Origin: a virus
IMG/VR virus record: IMGVR_UViG_3300032177_000002
Coordinates: 39,084 to 103,083 of that record
Strand: one strand, 5' to 3'
DNA: 64,000 nt
Shown: in pieces, positions 39,257 through 48,025 of the stretch
Layout: each line of letters starts with the position of its first letter
Position numbering within the stretch: position 1 is the first letter of the stretch
The notes under the pieces: generated by a model
Told to the model about the DNA's origin: nothing
Databases searched by the model: none
The model's input: the letters and a program-made list of their open reading frames with translations, nothing else
Made by a program: the position numbers and the translations under genes

Positions 39257-39310
39257 GATCAGATAGTAGCTTGACTAGCATTTAAAATCGGTGCGCTACC
39301 TTACAATTAT
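39254..39310 (-). promoter_or_regulatory. Conserved early promoter P1
   Basis: ATAATTGTAAG..CACCGATTTTAA..GCTACTATCTGATC-ATG. Confidence 0.8.
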
Positions 39311-39364
39311 GATGATTTATTTTTATTTATTTTTTGGTAGGGATTGAAAATGAGAGAGGGTAGG

Positions 39365-39583
39365 TTACTGGTCCATCGAGCGCACGTATTCCAGCTCTAT
39401 CCCCTCTTCTATCCTCGCTAGTGCTTTCTCGTAAAGGCGCTGGACGAGCGTATCCAACTCATCCTTTTCCTTTTGCGAGCGAGCTCGCTTGAAAACGAAA
39501 TAAGAGCGAAATCTAGCATCGACAGGATCCAGCGCCTCGAATAGCCCGAACACCTTATTCCTACGGTCCTGTTTCGTTTTCAT
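39365..39583 (-). CDS. Small helical protein, ARS.xExDEL family
   Basis: Paralogue of 38578-38799. Confidence 0.75.
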   Translation of the reverse strand: MKTKQDRRNKVFGLFEALDPVDARFRSYFVFKRARSQKEKDELDTLVQRLYEKALARIEEGIELEYVRSMDQ

Positions 39584-39785
39584 TTTTTGTCTCCTTCACT
39601 GACTGGAATACTACTTCATTTTCAGCGTGACTCAACACCGAGTAATTACCTCAGTACCACGTTCTCAGCTGTCCACAACTACTAATTTCATCAGCTATTT
39701 TAAGATAACGAATATCACCACTTTCCAGGTAGCACACCGTCGCTACCTTTTTTATTTCATCACTAAGCATCATCCTCCTATACAT
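39561..39785 (-). pseudogene. Paralogue of 38792-39001 interrupted by in-frame TGA (39651-39653)
   Basis: Homology continues in frame past TGA (GNYSVLSHAENEVVFQSVKE vs GRYSVLGHIDNEVVFQPVKE). Confidence 0.7.
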
Positions 39786-40623
39786 CGCTATCCTCCTCCA
39801 TACAATCCACCACATAATTATAGTTAAGTATGATCTCACTAAACGCCATAAATGTCCTTAAACTTAACTTTGATACTTTATCCTTTATTTTTTGTTGATC
39901 GAGGGATAACCCCTCAATTTTCTTATCATCTTGATATAATTCATATTTTTTATCTTTAAGCCTCAGCTCCACATTACTATGTAAGTCCACATTCCCACAC
40001 ATATTACCTTTTAGGAGTGTCTCGGTGCACTCCTCGCACATCTCATACCCCCCCTCCGCTATGTCGCTATTGTAATGCATAGGATCATCATCCTCGCAAC
40101 CAACACACAACCCATTATGTATGCAAGACGGACACATAGGATCCAGCATGAATACACCCACGCCTCCATTCCCTTTATATCCCGTGAACTCTGGTAAGTC
40201 TTCGTTGCTATAAGCAACGTCACAAATAGGACAACGCCATGTAAGAGATATCCCCTGATCGTGGGCGCTCTTTACACCTTGTACCCAATAGTGCTCATCA
40301 ATACCCAACGCGTCGTTTATCGGTGCATCGCCTACTAGCGTGCACTCGATATCGCTGATCTTGTGCTGGATTGATCCAGCGTCCAATAGCTGGATTAACC
40401 TGGCAGGGCCCATAGGTGACTCTAGACCACATAGCATCCCACTAAACTTGCCAGTGACATACAATGGGCGTATTGGTGTTACCTTATCGACGGGATCCAC
40501 GTATAAAATATTAGGTTCATAGTAACACCCTGCATAGGGCGCGTTTACCTGAAAAGTAAGGTAAAATCTTACCTTACCTTGATAAAACTTGGTGATACTT
40601 TCACTGGTGTCACTATCTATCAC
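39778..40623 (-). CDS. Cys-rich (multi-CxxC) hypothetical protein
   Basis: CPIC, CPSC, CVGC, CEEC. Confidence 0.65.
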   Translation of the reverse strand: MIDSDTSESITKFYQGKVRFYLTFQVNAPYAGCYYEPNILYVDPVDKVTPIRPLYVTGKFSGMLCGLESPMGPARLIQLLDAGSIQHKISDIECTLVGDAPINDALGIDEHYWVQGVKSAHDQGISLTWRCPICDVAYSNEDLPEFTGYKGNGGVGVFMLDPMCPSCIHNGLCVGCEDDDPMHYNSDIAEGGYEMCEECTETLLKGNMCGNVDLHSNVELRLKDKKYELYQDDKKIEGLSLDQQKIKDKVSKLSLRTFMAFSEIILNYNYVVDCMEEDSDV

Positions 40624-40802
40624 GATTGTCCTCCATTTTTTTCACTGGCGAGCGCCATTGATATAGCGTCCTCTGTCTGAGACAACATCATTTTCTTCAA
40701 CTTCTCGGATCTAACTCGATCCGTGGCTTTACGCTCGACTATGATCGAGCGGAAATTTATCTGATTCGTTTCTTGTTTTTGTTGGTTTTGTGTTTGGTTC
40801 AT
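40620..40802 (-). CDS. Leaderless 60-aa protein MNQTQNQQKQ..., copy 2
   Basis: ATG 6 nt after TACTAT. Confidence 0.75.
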   Translation of the reverse strand: MNQTQNQQKQETNQINFRSIIVERKATDRVRSEKLKKMMLSQTEDAISMALASEKNGGQS

Positions 40803-40856
40803 GATCAGATAGTAGCTTGACTAGCATTTAAAATCGGTGCGCTACCTTACAATTAT
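40800..40856 (-). promoter_or_regulatory. Conserved early promoter P2 (identical to P1)
   Basis: Exact copy of 39254-39310. Confidence 0.8.
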
Positions 40857-41029
40857 GATGATTATTTTTATCTCAATGTCGATTTACATCTACCCACAGG
40901 CGGTATGGCCGATGACATCGAGCTCATCTTACAGGTAGGATACCGCGTTAAACCGCGTACAAGGCGGTTTAAGCTAGGTGGACATTGAATGTGGGGGGAT
41001 TTATGAGGTAGTAAGTTGAAGTCGGCTTA

Positions 41030-41302
41030 CTAGGCGTTAGGTGCCGTACTGGCTCCCTCCAAGCCTAGTCGACCACCTAGGCCTACCTGATCCGCCTGCA
41101 ATTGAGCCCACACCAATGGGCCACGGTCCTCGAGCCCTAATGACTCGAGGTGATTGAGTGCGACAGCCAACGTCTTGGCCACCCGCCACAGATGACGGCG
41201 CGCGCCAGCTGCCTTCAAAACAAACTCCCGCCCCACTTCAGATAAGCTGCTAAGTCTTTCCGATAACTGTGCTTTGGTTTCGACAGTTTTAATTTCGTAC
41301 AT
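41030..41302 (-). CDS. Hypothetical protein
   Basis: AGGAGA SD; 90 aa. Confidence 0.6.
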   Translation of the reverse strand: MYEIKTVETKAQLSERLSSLSEVGREFVLKAAGARRHLWRVAKTLAVALNHLESLGLEDRGPLVWAQLQADQVGLGGRLGLEGASTAPNA

Positions 41303-41350
41303 TGTGTTCTCCTGTTTGTGTGGGCCTAATGTAGGCCCCTGTGTGTTTGG

Positions 41351-41614
41351 TTACTCGAGCTCGATCTCCTCGAGCTCTAACGCTTGATGCATATCAAGCT
41401 GTAACGCGTCTGTTACAGCCTGAAGGGGACGTAGGTGCCCCTCAGTGGATGTCGGCTTAAGTACCGACATTGCTTGGCGTATCGTTAGCCCGACGCCTAC
41501 CGACATATAGGCGTCGAACATGCATTTTACAACTACAATCTTTTTGTTGTATCTATAAGCCCTCATGCTACCTCCACTCTGTACGCGGTAAGCGTATGAA
41601 GTGAAAGGTAGCAT
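41351..41614 (-). CDS. Hypothetical protein (likely start MRAY)
   Basis: GGAGG SD before internal ATG. Confidence 0.55.
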   Translation of the reverse strand: MLPFTSYAYRVQSGGSMRAYRYNKKIVVVKCMFDAYMSVGVGLTIRQAMSVLKPTSTEGHLRPLQAVTDALQLDMHQALELEEIELE

Positions 41615-41924
41615 TGAGGTAAGGAGTGGCCGAAGATATTACATCATCAGAGGGAAGCCGATCCGGCAAGTCTGCTTGACTTAGGGTAAGATAGTCAGCT
41701 TGGTTTGCTTCTAGGAGTCTCTGCTTAAACTCCTCTAAGCTCATACCCTGCAGCAGGCCACAGGCGTTGCCGTGTTGCCACAAATGGGAAATAAAAACTT
41801 TATCTAAGCCAAAGTGACCGGTAGGCGCTTGGGCGGCCACCTTCATCACGGTCTGAGCAAAGGTCTCTAGAGATACAGTCTTGCTTGTCTGCATTCTCGC
41901 CGCTATTTCTTTTATAGTTGCCAT
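41568..41924 (-). CDS. Leaderless protein with GxFGxxKVFISH..EFKQRLLEAN..L.LS.ADL..ATFHFI domain
   Basis: ATG 6 nt after TGcTACTAT; conserved-looking domain. Confidence 0.7.
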   Translation of the reverse strand: MATIKEIAARMQTSKTVSLETFAQTVMKVAAQAPTGHFGLDKVFISHLWQHGNACGLLQGMSLEEFKQRLLEANQADYLTLSQADLPDRLPSDDVISSATPYLNATFHFIRLPRTEWR

Positions 41925-41978
41925 GATCAGATAGTAGCACCGTCAAATATTAAAATCCGTGGGGTAGCTTACAATTAT
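41922..41978 (-). promoter_or_regulatory. Conserved early promoter P3
   Basis: Same motif as P1, with extended -10 TGcTACTAT. Confidence 0.8.
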
Positions 41979-42060
41979 GTCACTTTTTTTTTATTTATTT
42001 TTTGCACACATTGAGCCCTATGCAAGTAGGTGTGATCGATTTACGGGTTCTAATCACAAT

Positions 42061-42588
42061 TCATTTCGACTGCTTAGCAGGTACCAACTCCCCTGTCGCA
42101 ACACTGTACACAGGGTACGGAGCTTCCACATCTTCGAACCAATCGTGCCCGAAACAATACGCCTTATTACACTCATTTGGCTTGTCCAATGGATTCATAA
42201 GATAACACACGCCAGGAGCACGTGGTGAACATAAATGTGCATAGGTGTAATATGGACTCCTCATTACGTATATATCTCCTCTTTCACCACACTCCGCAAA
42301 GTACTCGTTATCTTCGATGTAATACCTAAGAGCCTCGGCATTCTCATCCATCTCGATGTCAAATATCTCTCCACATTCACACTCTACTTCACTATCTATC
42401 TGACCATAGTGTACCTTTCCACATTTACATTCCGTCTCACTCTCATCCCCATACCAAGCCTCACTCCTATCAGCCCATGCCTGCAATACCTCACGTTGTT
42501 GGATAACACCGTATCGAATACCAGTTTGTGGGTTCGTATAAGCTAACCGCAAAAAATCACTCCAATCGATTCCTATATGACTAGTCAT
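42061..42588 (-). CDS. Cys-rich phage hypothetical protein
   Basis: AGGAGA SD before ATG 42588; TGIRYGVI, SPYYT...CSP.APG. Confidence 0.65.
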   Translation of the reverse strand: MTSHIGIDWSDFLRLAYTNPQTGIRYGVIQQREVLQAWADRSEAWYGDESETECKCGKVHYGQIDSEVECECGEIFDIEMDENAEALRYYIEDNEYFAECGERGDIYVMRSPYYTYAHLCSPRAPGVCYLMNPLDKPNECNKAYCFGHDWFEDVEAPYPVYSVATGELVPAKQSK

Positions 42589-42645
42589 TCTGTTTCTCCT
42601 TATTTCATCGGTACTCATCTTGAGGGCCCGTTCTGTTTTTTGCTT

Positions 42646-42701
42646 CTGATCAGATAATAGCAAGGTTAAAAAATTAAATCGGTGGGGTAGCTTACAATTA
42701 T
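42646..42701 (-). promoter_or_regulatory. Conserved early promoter P4 (leadered)
   Basis: Same motif with TGcTATTATCTGATCA; upstream A-tract shared with P3. Confidence 0.75.
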
Positions 42702-43127
42702 GTCACTTTTTTTTTATTTATTTTTTGCACACATTGCAATAGTATAGAAACCGGAACATCATAAAATGAGTGGACCCACATCCAAAAACTGTAAGTATTA
42801 CAGCAACATGTAAGTATAAATTATATATTAGGTTGTCTTGTGGAAACGTAACCTACAGGAGGAAGCATGATCTGATATAAGAAATAACATACATATAGGT
42901 TTATAGAATACGCGTAATCTATAAGATTATCGATAGGTTACGGTGCTACTACGCCCATATACGCTATGGTTGCATGCATGTGTACGCGTATAATGTACGT
43001 GCGCGGATGTGCGATGTACCACGGATAGGGTTACGTGTAGTATACGTACCACACCTCCTACATTGCCTACAACTCGTACATGTAGCATGAGGTGTGTGGT
43101 CCTGGTGTGGGCTACATCCCCAAAGAT

Positions 43128-43193
43128 ATAGGGCCCTTTTTTCAGCCGATTTTCTGGTAGGCATAGGGCCCTTTTTTCAGCCGATTTCCTGGT
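43128..43193 (+). repeat. 31-bp direct repeat x2
   Basis: ATAGGGCCCTTTTTTCAGCCGATTT(T/C)CTGGT at 43128 and 43163. Confidence 0.9.
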
Positions 43194-43194
43194 T

Positions 43195-43476
43195 CTAATC
43201 CCATTTACGATTCCACGAAGCTTTAACCACAAGATGAAACCCTCCACCAACATCCTGAAGCACAGTTCCAGGAACAAACACTAGCATCACGTCTCCTAGT
43301 ACACTAGAATCAAGAATCTCCTGATGCTGCACTATTCTAACAACGCAGCCTACTCCTGGTATTTCCATAGCTTGCGTAAGCATAAGAGGCTCTTCGCAAA
43401 CCATACGCCACGGCGAAAGCGTTACTGTTTTATTGCTAGATTTGTTAACTTCGGTAACATCATGCATTTCGGCCAT
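43195..43476 (-). CDS. Hypothetical protein
   Basis: TQAMEIPGVGCVVR..FVPG motif. Confidence 0.6.
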   Translation of the reverse strand: MAEMHDVTEVNKSSNKTVTLSPWRMVCEEPLMLTQAMEIPGVGCVVRIVQHQEILDSSVLGDVMLVFVPGTVLQDVGGGFHLVVKASWNRKWD

Positions 43477-43496
43477 TTACCTATGCTCTCCGAGTT

Positions 43497-43521
43497 TCAA
43501 GTTCCAGAGTCTGGAACTTGA
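43497..43521. promoter_or_regulatory. 25-bp palindrome (operator or terminator)
   Basis: TCAAGTTCCAGA-G-TCTGGAACTTGA downstream of dUTPase. Confidence 0.45.
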
Positions 43522-43557
43522 CCAGTTAACTACTTGTAATTGTTGATGTTCATTTTA

Positions 43558-44013
43558 TTAGGTTCCTGTATGACCAAATCCACCGTCATTACGGCAAGTT
43601 ATATCGAGATTACGTACTTCTTCTATAGAAACCGATGGTATTGGCACGATTATTAACTGCGCAATTCGCATCCCTGGCTCGACAGTAAATCTGATTTGGC
43701 TCAAATTTATAAGTCCCACCTTTATTTCCCCCCTATAATCACTGTCAATAGTCCCTGGAGAATTTACCACCGTTATCCCATGCTTACATGCTAATCCAGA
43801 TCTTGACCGTATTTGACCTTCGCACCCTTTAGGTACCCCCACAGCTAATCCTGTAGGAACAATTACAATTCTGGATGGCCAAATAAATAATGGCTCCAAA
43901 ATATCTGCTACCAAATCCATACCAGCAGATCCATCCGTTAAATATTTAGGCAACTCCGCGCTTTCTGTTAACCGTTTAACCTGCAAAAACACATTATTTC
44001 CGCTTACGTGCAT
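43558..44013 (-). CDS. dut: Trimeric dUTPase
   Basis: AGMDL, RSGLA, GTIDSDYRGEI, RIAQL, R..GGFGHTG. Confidence 0.97.
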   Translation of the reverse strand: MHVSGNNVFLQVKRLTESAELPKYLTDGSAGMDLVADILEPLFIWPSRIVIVPTGLAVGVPKGCEGQIRSRSGLACKHGITVVNSPGTIDSDYRGEIKVGLINLSQIRFTVEPGMRIAQLIIVPIPSVSIEEVRNLDITCRNDGGFGHTGT

Positions 44014-44973
44014 CTAACTATTTCTCCTTGATGGATGAATTAAAAACTTACCGTCTTTAGTAGTTTTGCCATCCTCGTTGTCATTATTACGATCTGATTG
44101 GGTTATCTCACTAGTCTTTATAGAAACAACTTCTTCATAATACCGGGCACGCGGTTGTTGTTCTTTTGTCACACTAGAACTATGCCGTTCTTCCATTAAC
44201 AGCGCTTCATGCAACTCCATAGCTTCAGGGTCATAATTATATTTCTGTAATTTTTCCTTCTGTTCTGGCGTCATATCCTGCTTATAGATTACTGGACACG
44301 TACCATCTGGTAACGATTCTGCAAGCTCCCGTCTGTATTTCCAGTCAGTTGTGGCTCTAACGATGCCGTACGCGTTGCGAAGGGGCTTTCGAATGATAAC
44401 TGTGTACTTTTCCCTTTTGCTGCGAATACCCTTAGCTTGAGTCGGATCGTCTATCTCATCTAATAATCTAGTAAGTATGGTTATTTCTGACCTAAGCTCC
44501 TTCCGTAAGTCTTTCGGTTCCTGCCGAATGGACTTTGAAGCCTGTTTACGCTGCACCACACCGTACTCTACCCCCTTCTCCAGAATCTTATCGTAAGTAT
44601 CAGACTGAACCCTTAAAGCAGATACAGCGGCACTGTATTGAATAGTGTTCTCATTCTGCAGGAAATTATCTGACAAATTTCGCAGTTTATTTATGATATC
44701 AAACTGGAACACCGCGTATCGGATAAACGTAGTTTGAGGAGATGCCGCGTAATGCCGTATTAACCTGTCAATCGCAGAGTCTATGTCCTTGGTAACATCC
44801 CGCACCATCATCCCTAGCTTTGCGGCTATTTCGTCGTTAGTTTTACCGGCTGCATGGAGCCTTAACACCTCCGTTTGTCTAGATCTAATTACAGAGTCCT
44901 CTTTTCTCTTATGCTCAAACGGCTTAAGCGTAAGCTTTGGCTCATCTTTAGACATAATAATCACTTTTATCAA
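44014..44973 (-). CDS. HTH DNA-binding protein (possible terminase small subunit)
   Basis: VLRL...GKTNDEIAAKLG....V.KDI helix-turn-helix. Confidence 0.55.
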   Translation of the reverse strand: MIKVIIMSKDEPKLTLKPFEHKRKEDSVIRSRQTEVLRLHAAGKTNDEIAAKLGMMVRDVTKDIDSAIDRLIRHYAASPQTTFIRYAVFQFDIINKLRNLSDNFLQNENTIQYSAAVSALRVQSDTYDKILEKGVEYGVVQRKQASKSIRQEPKDLRKELRSEITILTRLLDEIDDPTQAKGIRSKREKYTVIIRKPLRNAYGIVRATTDWKYRRELAESLPDGTCPVIYKQDMTPEQKEKLQKYNYDPEAMELHEALLMEERHSSSVTKEQQPRARYYEEVVSIKTSEITQSDRNNDNEDGKTTKDGKFLIHPSRRNS

Positions 44974-44982
44974 TTAGCAAAA

Positions 44983-45417
44983 TTACGCATCTTTATGGGT
45001 AGATGGGTGCGGAAGGACTCCCCTTATGTACGCCATCCCCCAAAGAATAAACAGGTAGTTTATAGCGTCCATTAACCTATTATCCAAACCTTCACTTTCC
45101 AAGTCTCCAGTATCTATCCAATTGAATATGGAAACCATATGCTTCGAGAACAATACAGCCCACACATCATACGCGCCAATTCTACATCCGGTCAAACTAG
45201 ATATTTTGGAAAAGTATTCATCTATATTCTCCTTCTTCGAATCACTTACCTTGTAATCCCTCCCTTTTTTACATAAAACTGGCAACAAATAATTTTTGAG
45301 TATGTCCTCTACAAACTTTGCCAAATCATCCCTTGTTAACCCTGCAGGCTCCTGTATCACAAGTTCTGCGTACTCAGTAACAGTCTCTTTACATTCATCC
45401 ATTATGTTGTCCTTCAT
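44983..45417 (-). CDS. MazG-like nucleotide-modification-associated protein
   Basis: KGRDY, W.VL..KH, E.L..RLMDAINYL. Confidence 0.6.
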   Translation of the reverse strand: MKDNIMDECKETVTEYAELVIQEPAGLTRDDLAKFVEDILKNYLLPVLCKKGRDYKVSDSKKENIDEYFSKISSLTGCRIGAYDVWAVLFSKHMVSIFNWIDTGDLESEGLDNRLMDAINYLFILWGMAYIRGVLPHPSTHKDA

Positions 45418-45757
45418 GTTCTTGTTCTTGAGTTACAATTCCACCAGCCGTTTCATCTATCACGCATCCGCATTTATCTTTCTCTTTCAATCGTTTCACA
45501 AAATCAATACCGATATCCTTTATTTTGTACGCGCGCGTTTTTCCCTTACACCCAACAGCCCACCCTATATCCACCATTCCAAGCACGTAAAGATGCTTCA
45601 TATGGGCGGCTATATTACGTGGAACACTGTTCATAACAACAGCTATATCACTAGCTTTAATATTAGAACTCTCACGCGACAAAAAATACAGAGTAACAAG
45701 TGCTAATAACTGATTATCATTCATGTTCTTGTACCATCCCAGCATTATTACCAGCAC
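45395..45757 (-). CDS. Winged-helix DNA-binding protein
   Basis: ASDIA......NIAAHMKHL...GMV..YKI...G. Confidence 0.6.
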   Translation of the reverse strand: MLVIMLGWYKNMNDNQLLALVTLYFLSRESSNIKASDIAVVMNSVPRNIAAHMKHLYVLGMVDIGWAVGCKGKTRAYKIKDIGIDFVKRLKEKDKCGCVIDETAGGIVTQEQEHEGQHNG

Positions 45758-46151
45758 TAAATTTAGTTATCGGCGTTTTATACGTGCGATCATATATTAC
45801 TGTCACTATATTCCTCATTCTGCCTAGCACCCTATCCACTACGCCATCTTTATCTTTCGTTACTTCATATTGCAACATTTCTAGAATAACAGTTTGCCAT
45901 ACTAAACTAACTATTACTTCAGGCAAAGCAAACTTGTATCCGCATTCCCCCCATACAATACATGTATCACGCTTAATACATTCTATAAGTTTTGTCTTCC
46001 ATCTCTTTAAATGCAAAACAGCATTCTTTTTACACAACTCATTGTCGGTTTCATTATTGTCTACAATTTCATTGCTATTCCCCTCTGCTATATTTCCAAC
46101 TCGCTCTTCTATATTCATAATATCTACACCTTTCTGATTATTCTTGTCCAA
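45717..46151 (-). CDS. Hypothetical protein
   Basis: ORF in packed operon. Confidence 0.45.
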   Translation of the reverse strand: MDKNNQKGVDIMNIEERVGNIAEGNSNEIVDNNETDNELCKKNAVLHLKRWKTKLIECIKRDTCIVWGECGYKFALPEVIVSLVWQTVILEMLQYEVTKDKDGVVDRVLGRMRNIVTVIYDRTYKTPITKFSAGNNAGMVQEHE

Positions 46152-46360
46152 ATATCAAAAAATTTATCGTAAACTTGGCACTCAATACATGTGAGCCCAT
46201 TCCATTTATTTTTGCATGCTACAAATAAACATGCGCTATAACCTGGGCAATTATAACACCGGGTTGCTATCACTTTAGCTGTTACGAATTTTGATTCTGT
46301 AGGATTAGGCATAAAGCCCAGAACTTTTTCCATTGGCCACCTAATAAACATACAGTTCAA
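46124..46360 (-). CDS. Small Cys-rich protein
   Basis: C..C..Y..CL..A....W....C..C. Confidence 0.5.
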   Translation of the reverse strand: MNCMFIRWPMEKVLGFMPNPTESKFVTAKVIATRCYNCPGYSACLFVACKNKWNGLTCIECQVYDKFFDIWTRIIRKV

Positions 46361-46989
46361 AACACAGTTTTTATAACCATATCAAGAAACTTATCCCATT
46401 GTGTATCTATAGAATAACCTATACCTTTTAATACTTTAAGTGTCTTTGGTCCAACACATCCATCTATATCTATCGAACTCTTACCAAAAATATAAACTAG
46501 CGCTGCCTGCAAAAATAACGATCTAGATCTAGTCATCTCATCACCTCTAAGCATTTTATTATCTACATGCCAATGGTCCTTATGAGCCCTATTATACCAA
46601 TGATTAAGTACCAAATCAAAATGCTTACGTAACACAGCTTCCGCACCAAGATAGTAACCAGGATCTTTTTCCGCATCACGTGTTATTATATTTTTACCAC
46701 TAGCCCACCAAATAGAATCAATATCTATTGCGGTACCTTGCGCATGCCTACCTGCCTTCTCCACATAGCACCCACTAGTTACTAATATTGACGGAGTACA
46801 TCCAAACTTTTTTTCGCATACTTTCCACAAATCTTTAAGACATATCTCCAACTTGTCTTTAAATTCCTTGTTTAATCTTACTTTCCTAGGACCAACACCT
46901 ATAGTTCCATAATGAGCTACTGGATACCTAGCGTAATGTACAGCCGCTCCCGCAATATGGTCAAACTCGACTAAATTTAATTCTGGCAT
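46357..46989 (-). CDS. M15/extensin-like cell-wall peptidase with PG-binding motif (probable endolysin)
   Basis: RHAQGTAIDID, HKDHWHVD, LQAAL...IDGCVGPKT. Confidence 0.75.
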   Translation of the reverse strand: MPELNLVEFDHIAGAAVHYARYPVAHYGTIGVGPRKVRLNKEFKDKLEICLKDLWKVCEKKFGCTPSILVTSGCYVEKAGRHAQGTAIDIDSIWWASGKNIITRDAEKDPGYYLGAEAVLRKHFDLVLNHWYNRAHKDHWHVDNKMLRGDEMTRSRSLFLQAALVYIFGKSSIDIDGCVGPKTLKVLKGIGYSIDTQWDKFLDMVIKTVF

Positions 46990-47256
46990 TTAATCACCTC
47001 CATCACACGCAACAACCTTCTGTTCTGCAATTTCCAATATTATACGGTACCCATACTTTGCCGCTATTGCCTCTAAAATTGTTCTGATCGCATAAGCAGT
47101 TTTCCCTTTTTTTCCTATAATTTTCCCCATATCATAAGCTGCAGTTCGTACTGTAAGCACAACTGTATTCCCTCCATCAGATACAGTTTTAGACACAGTA
47201 ATATTATCCGGCGCATCAACAAGTTCTTCTACTATATTTTTCAACAAGTCCTGCAT
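46990..47256 (-). CDS. khpA: KH-domain RNA-binding protein, KhpA-like
   Basis: LL..IV..LVD.PD.I.V; DMGKIIGKKGKTA.AIRTIL; LEI. Confidence 0.88.
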   Translation of the reverse strand: MQDLLKNIVEELVDAPDNITVSKTVSDGGNTVVLTVRTAAYDMGKIIGKKGKTAYAIRTILEAIAAKYGYRIILEIAEQKVVACDGGD

Positions 47257-47323
47257 ACTAAGTCTCCTTTAGTAATCATAATATCACACAAGCATCAGAA
47301 AATGCATATACGTGCATTGCCAT

Positions 47324-48025
47324 CTACAAACTAACCATGTGCATTCCTTTGCCAAACTCTACGTTGTTTGTTATAAGATCCCGTGTGGTCAAAGCTTCTG
47401 GCTCCGATTTTGTAACACGAATCATTACCCTTCTCATCCCTTCACTTGCGGTTTCTACTGATTTTTTTCCACTCTTAAAGGCCATTTCTTCATTTAACAA
47501 CGCAGCTATTAGTACAGCATCGGCCACATCCTCTGCCGATTCACCTAAGTCATTAAGATCCAAGTCGAACAATACAGACGCTGCGTCAACCATTACGTCC
47601 TTCCCGGCAGCACCTGATCCTGTCCATGCTAATTTCACAGTTGCAGGACTATAAATTCGGAAAGGTATACCCTGTTTGAATAAATAATTCTTAACAATTC
47701 CACTAAGTTCATATAAACTGCTTGCACCTCTACTGTTTTTTGCGTACGCTGGCCCTTCCATAGATACCGTCAAATTACTATAATCATGCATCAACCCCAT
47801 CATGTTCCACATAATCCAATAACTTATTGCATTCATTCTGTGTTGCCTACACGATTCTGAATTGTTCTTTAATTTGTAGTAACACAACACATTCTTATTT
47901 TTATTATAAAGGTACTTTTTGTCCGTCCAACCGAAGTAATTTCTCAATCCACCGTTTACCAGTATCGCCATACCAGTACCACGCAACGATAAGTCAAGAC
48001 CTACTATAACTGCATCCTCTCTCAT
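47324..48025 (-). CDS. RuvC-like Holliday junction resolvase
   Basis: VGLDLSL.GTG, MEG, PATVK...TGSG.A.K, DVADA. Confidence 0.85.
   Translation of the reverse strand: MREDAVIVGLDLSLRGTGMAILVNGGLRNYFGWTDKKYLYNKNKNVLCYYKLKNNSESCRQHRMNAISYWIMWNMMGLMHDYSNLTVSMEGPAYAKNSRGASSLYELSGIVKNYLFKQGIPFRIYSPATVKLAWTGSGAAGKDVMVDAASVLFDLDLNDLGESAEDVADAVLIAALLNEEMAFKSGKKSVETASEGMRRVMIRVTKSEPEALTTRDLITNNVEFGKGMHMVSL

Noticed and set aside
39021-39281. 86-aa ORF in the track
   Set aside because: Wrong frame; the 39077-39256 frame matches the paralogue at 40620-40802
39651-39653. Genome-wide TGA recoding
   Set aside because: Many coupled genes end in TGA and coding density is high under the standard code
42927-43277. 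ORFs in the 42.9-43.3 kb block
   Set aside because: Overlap repeats and low-complexity DNA; no SD or recognisable motifs
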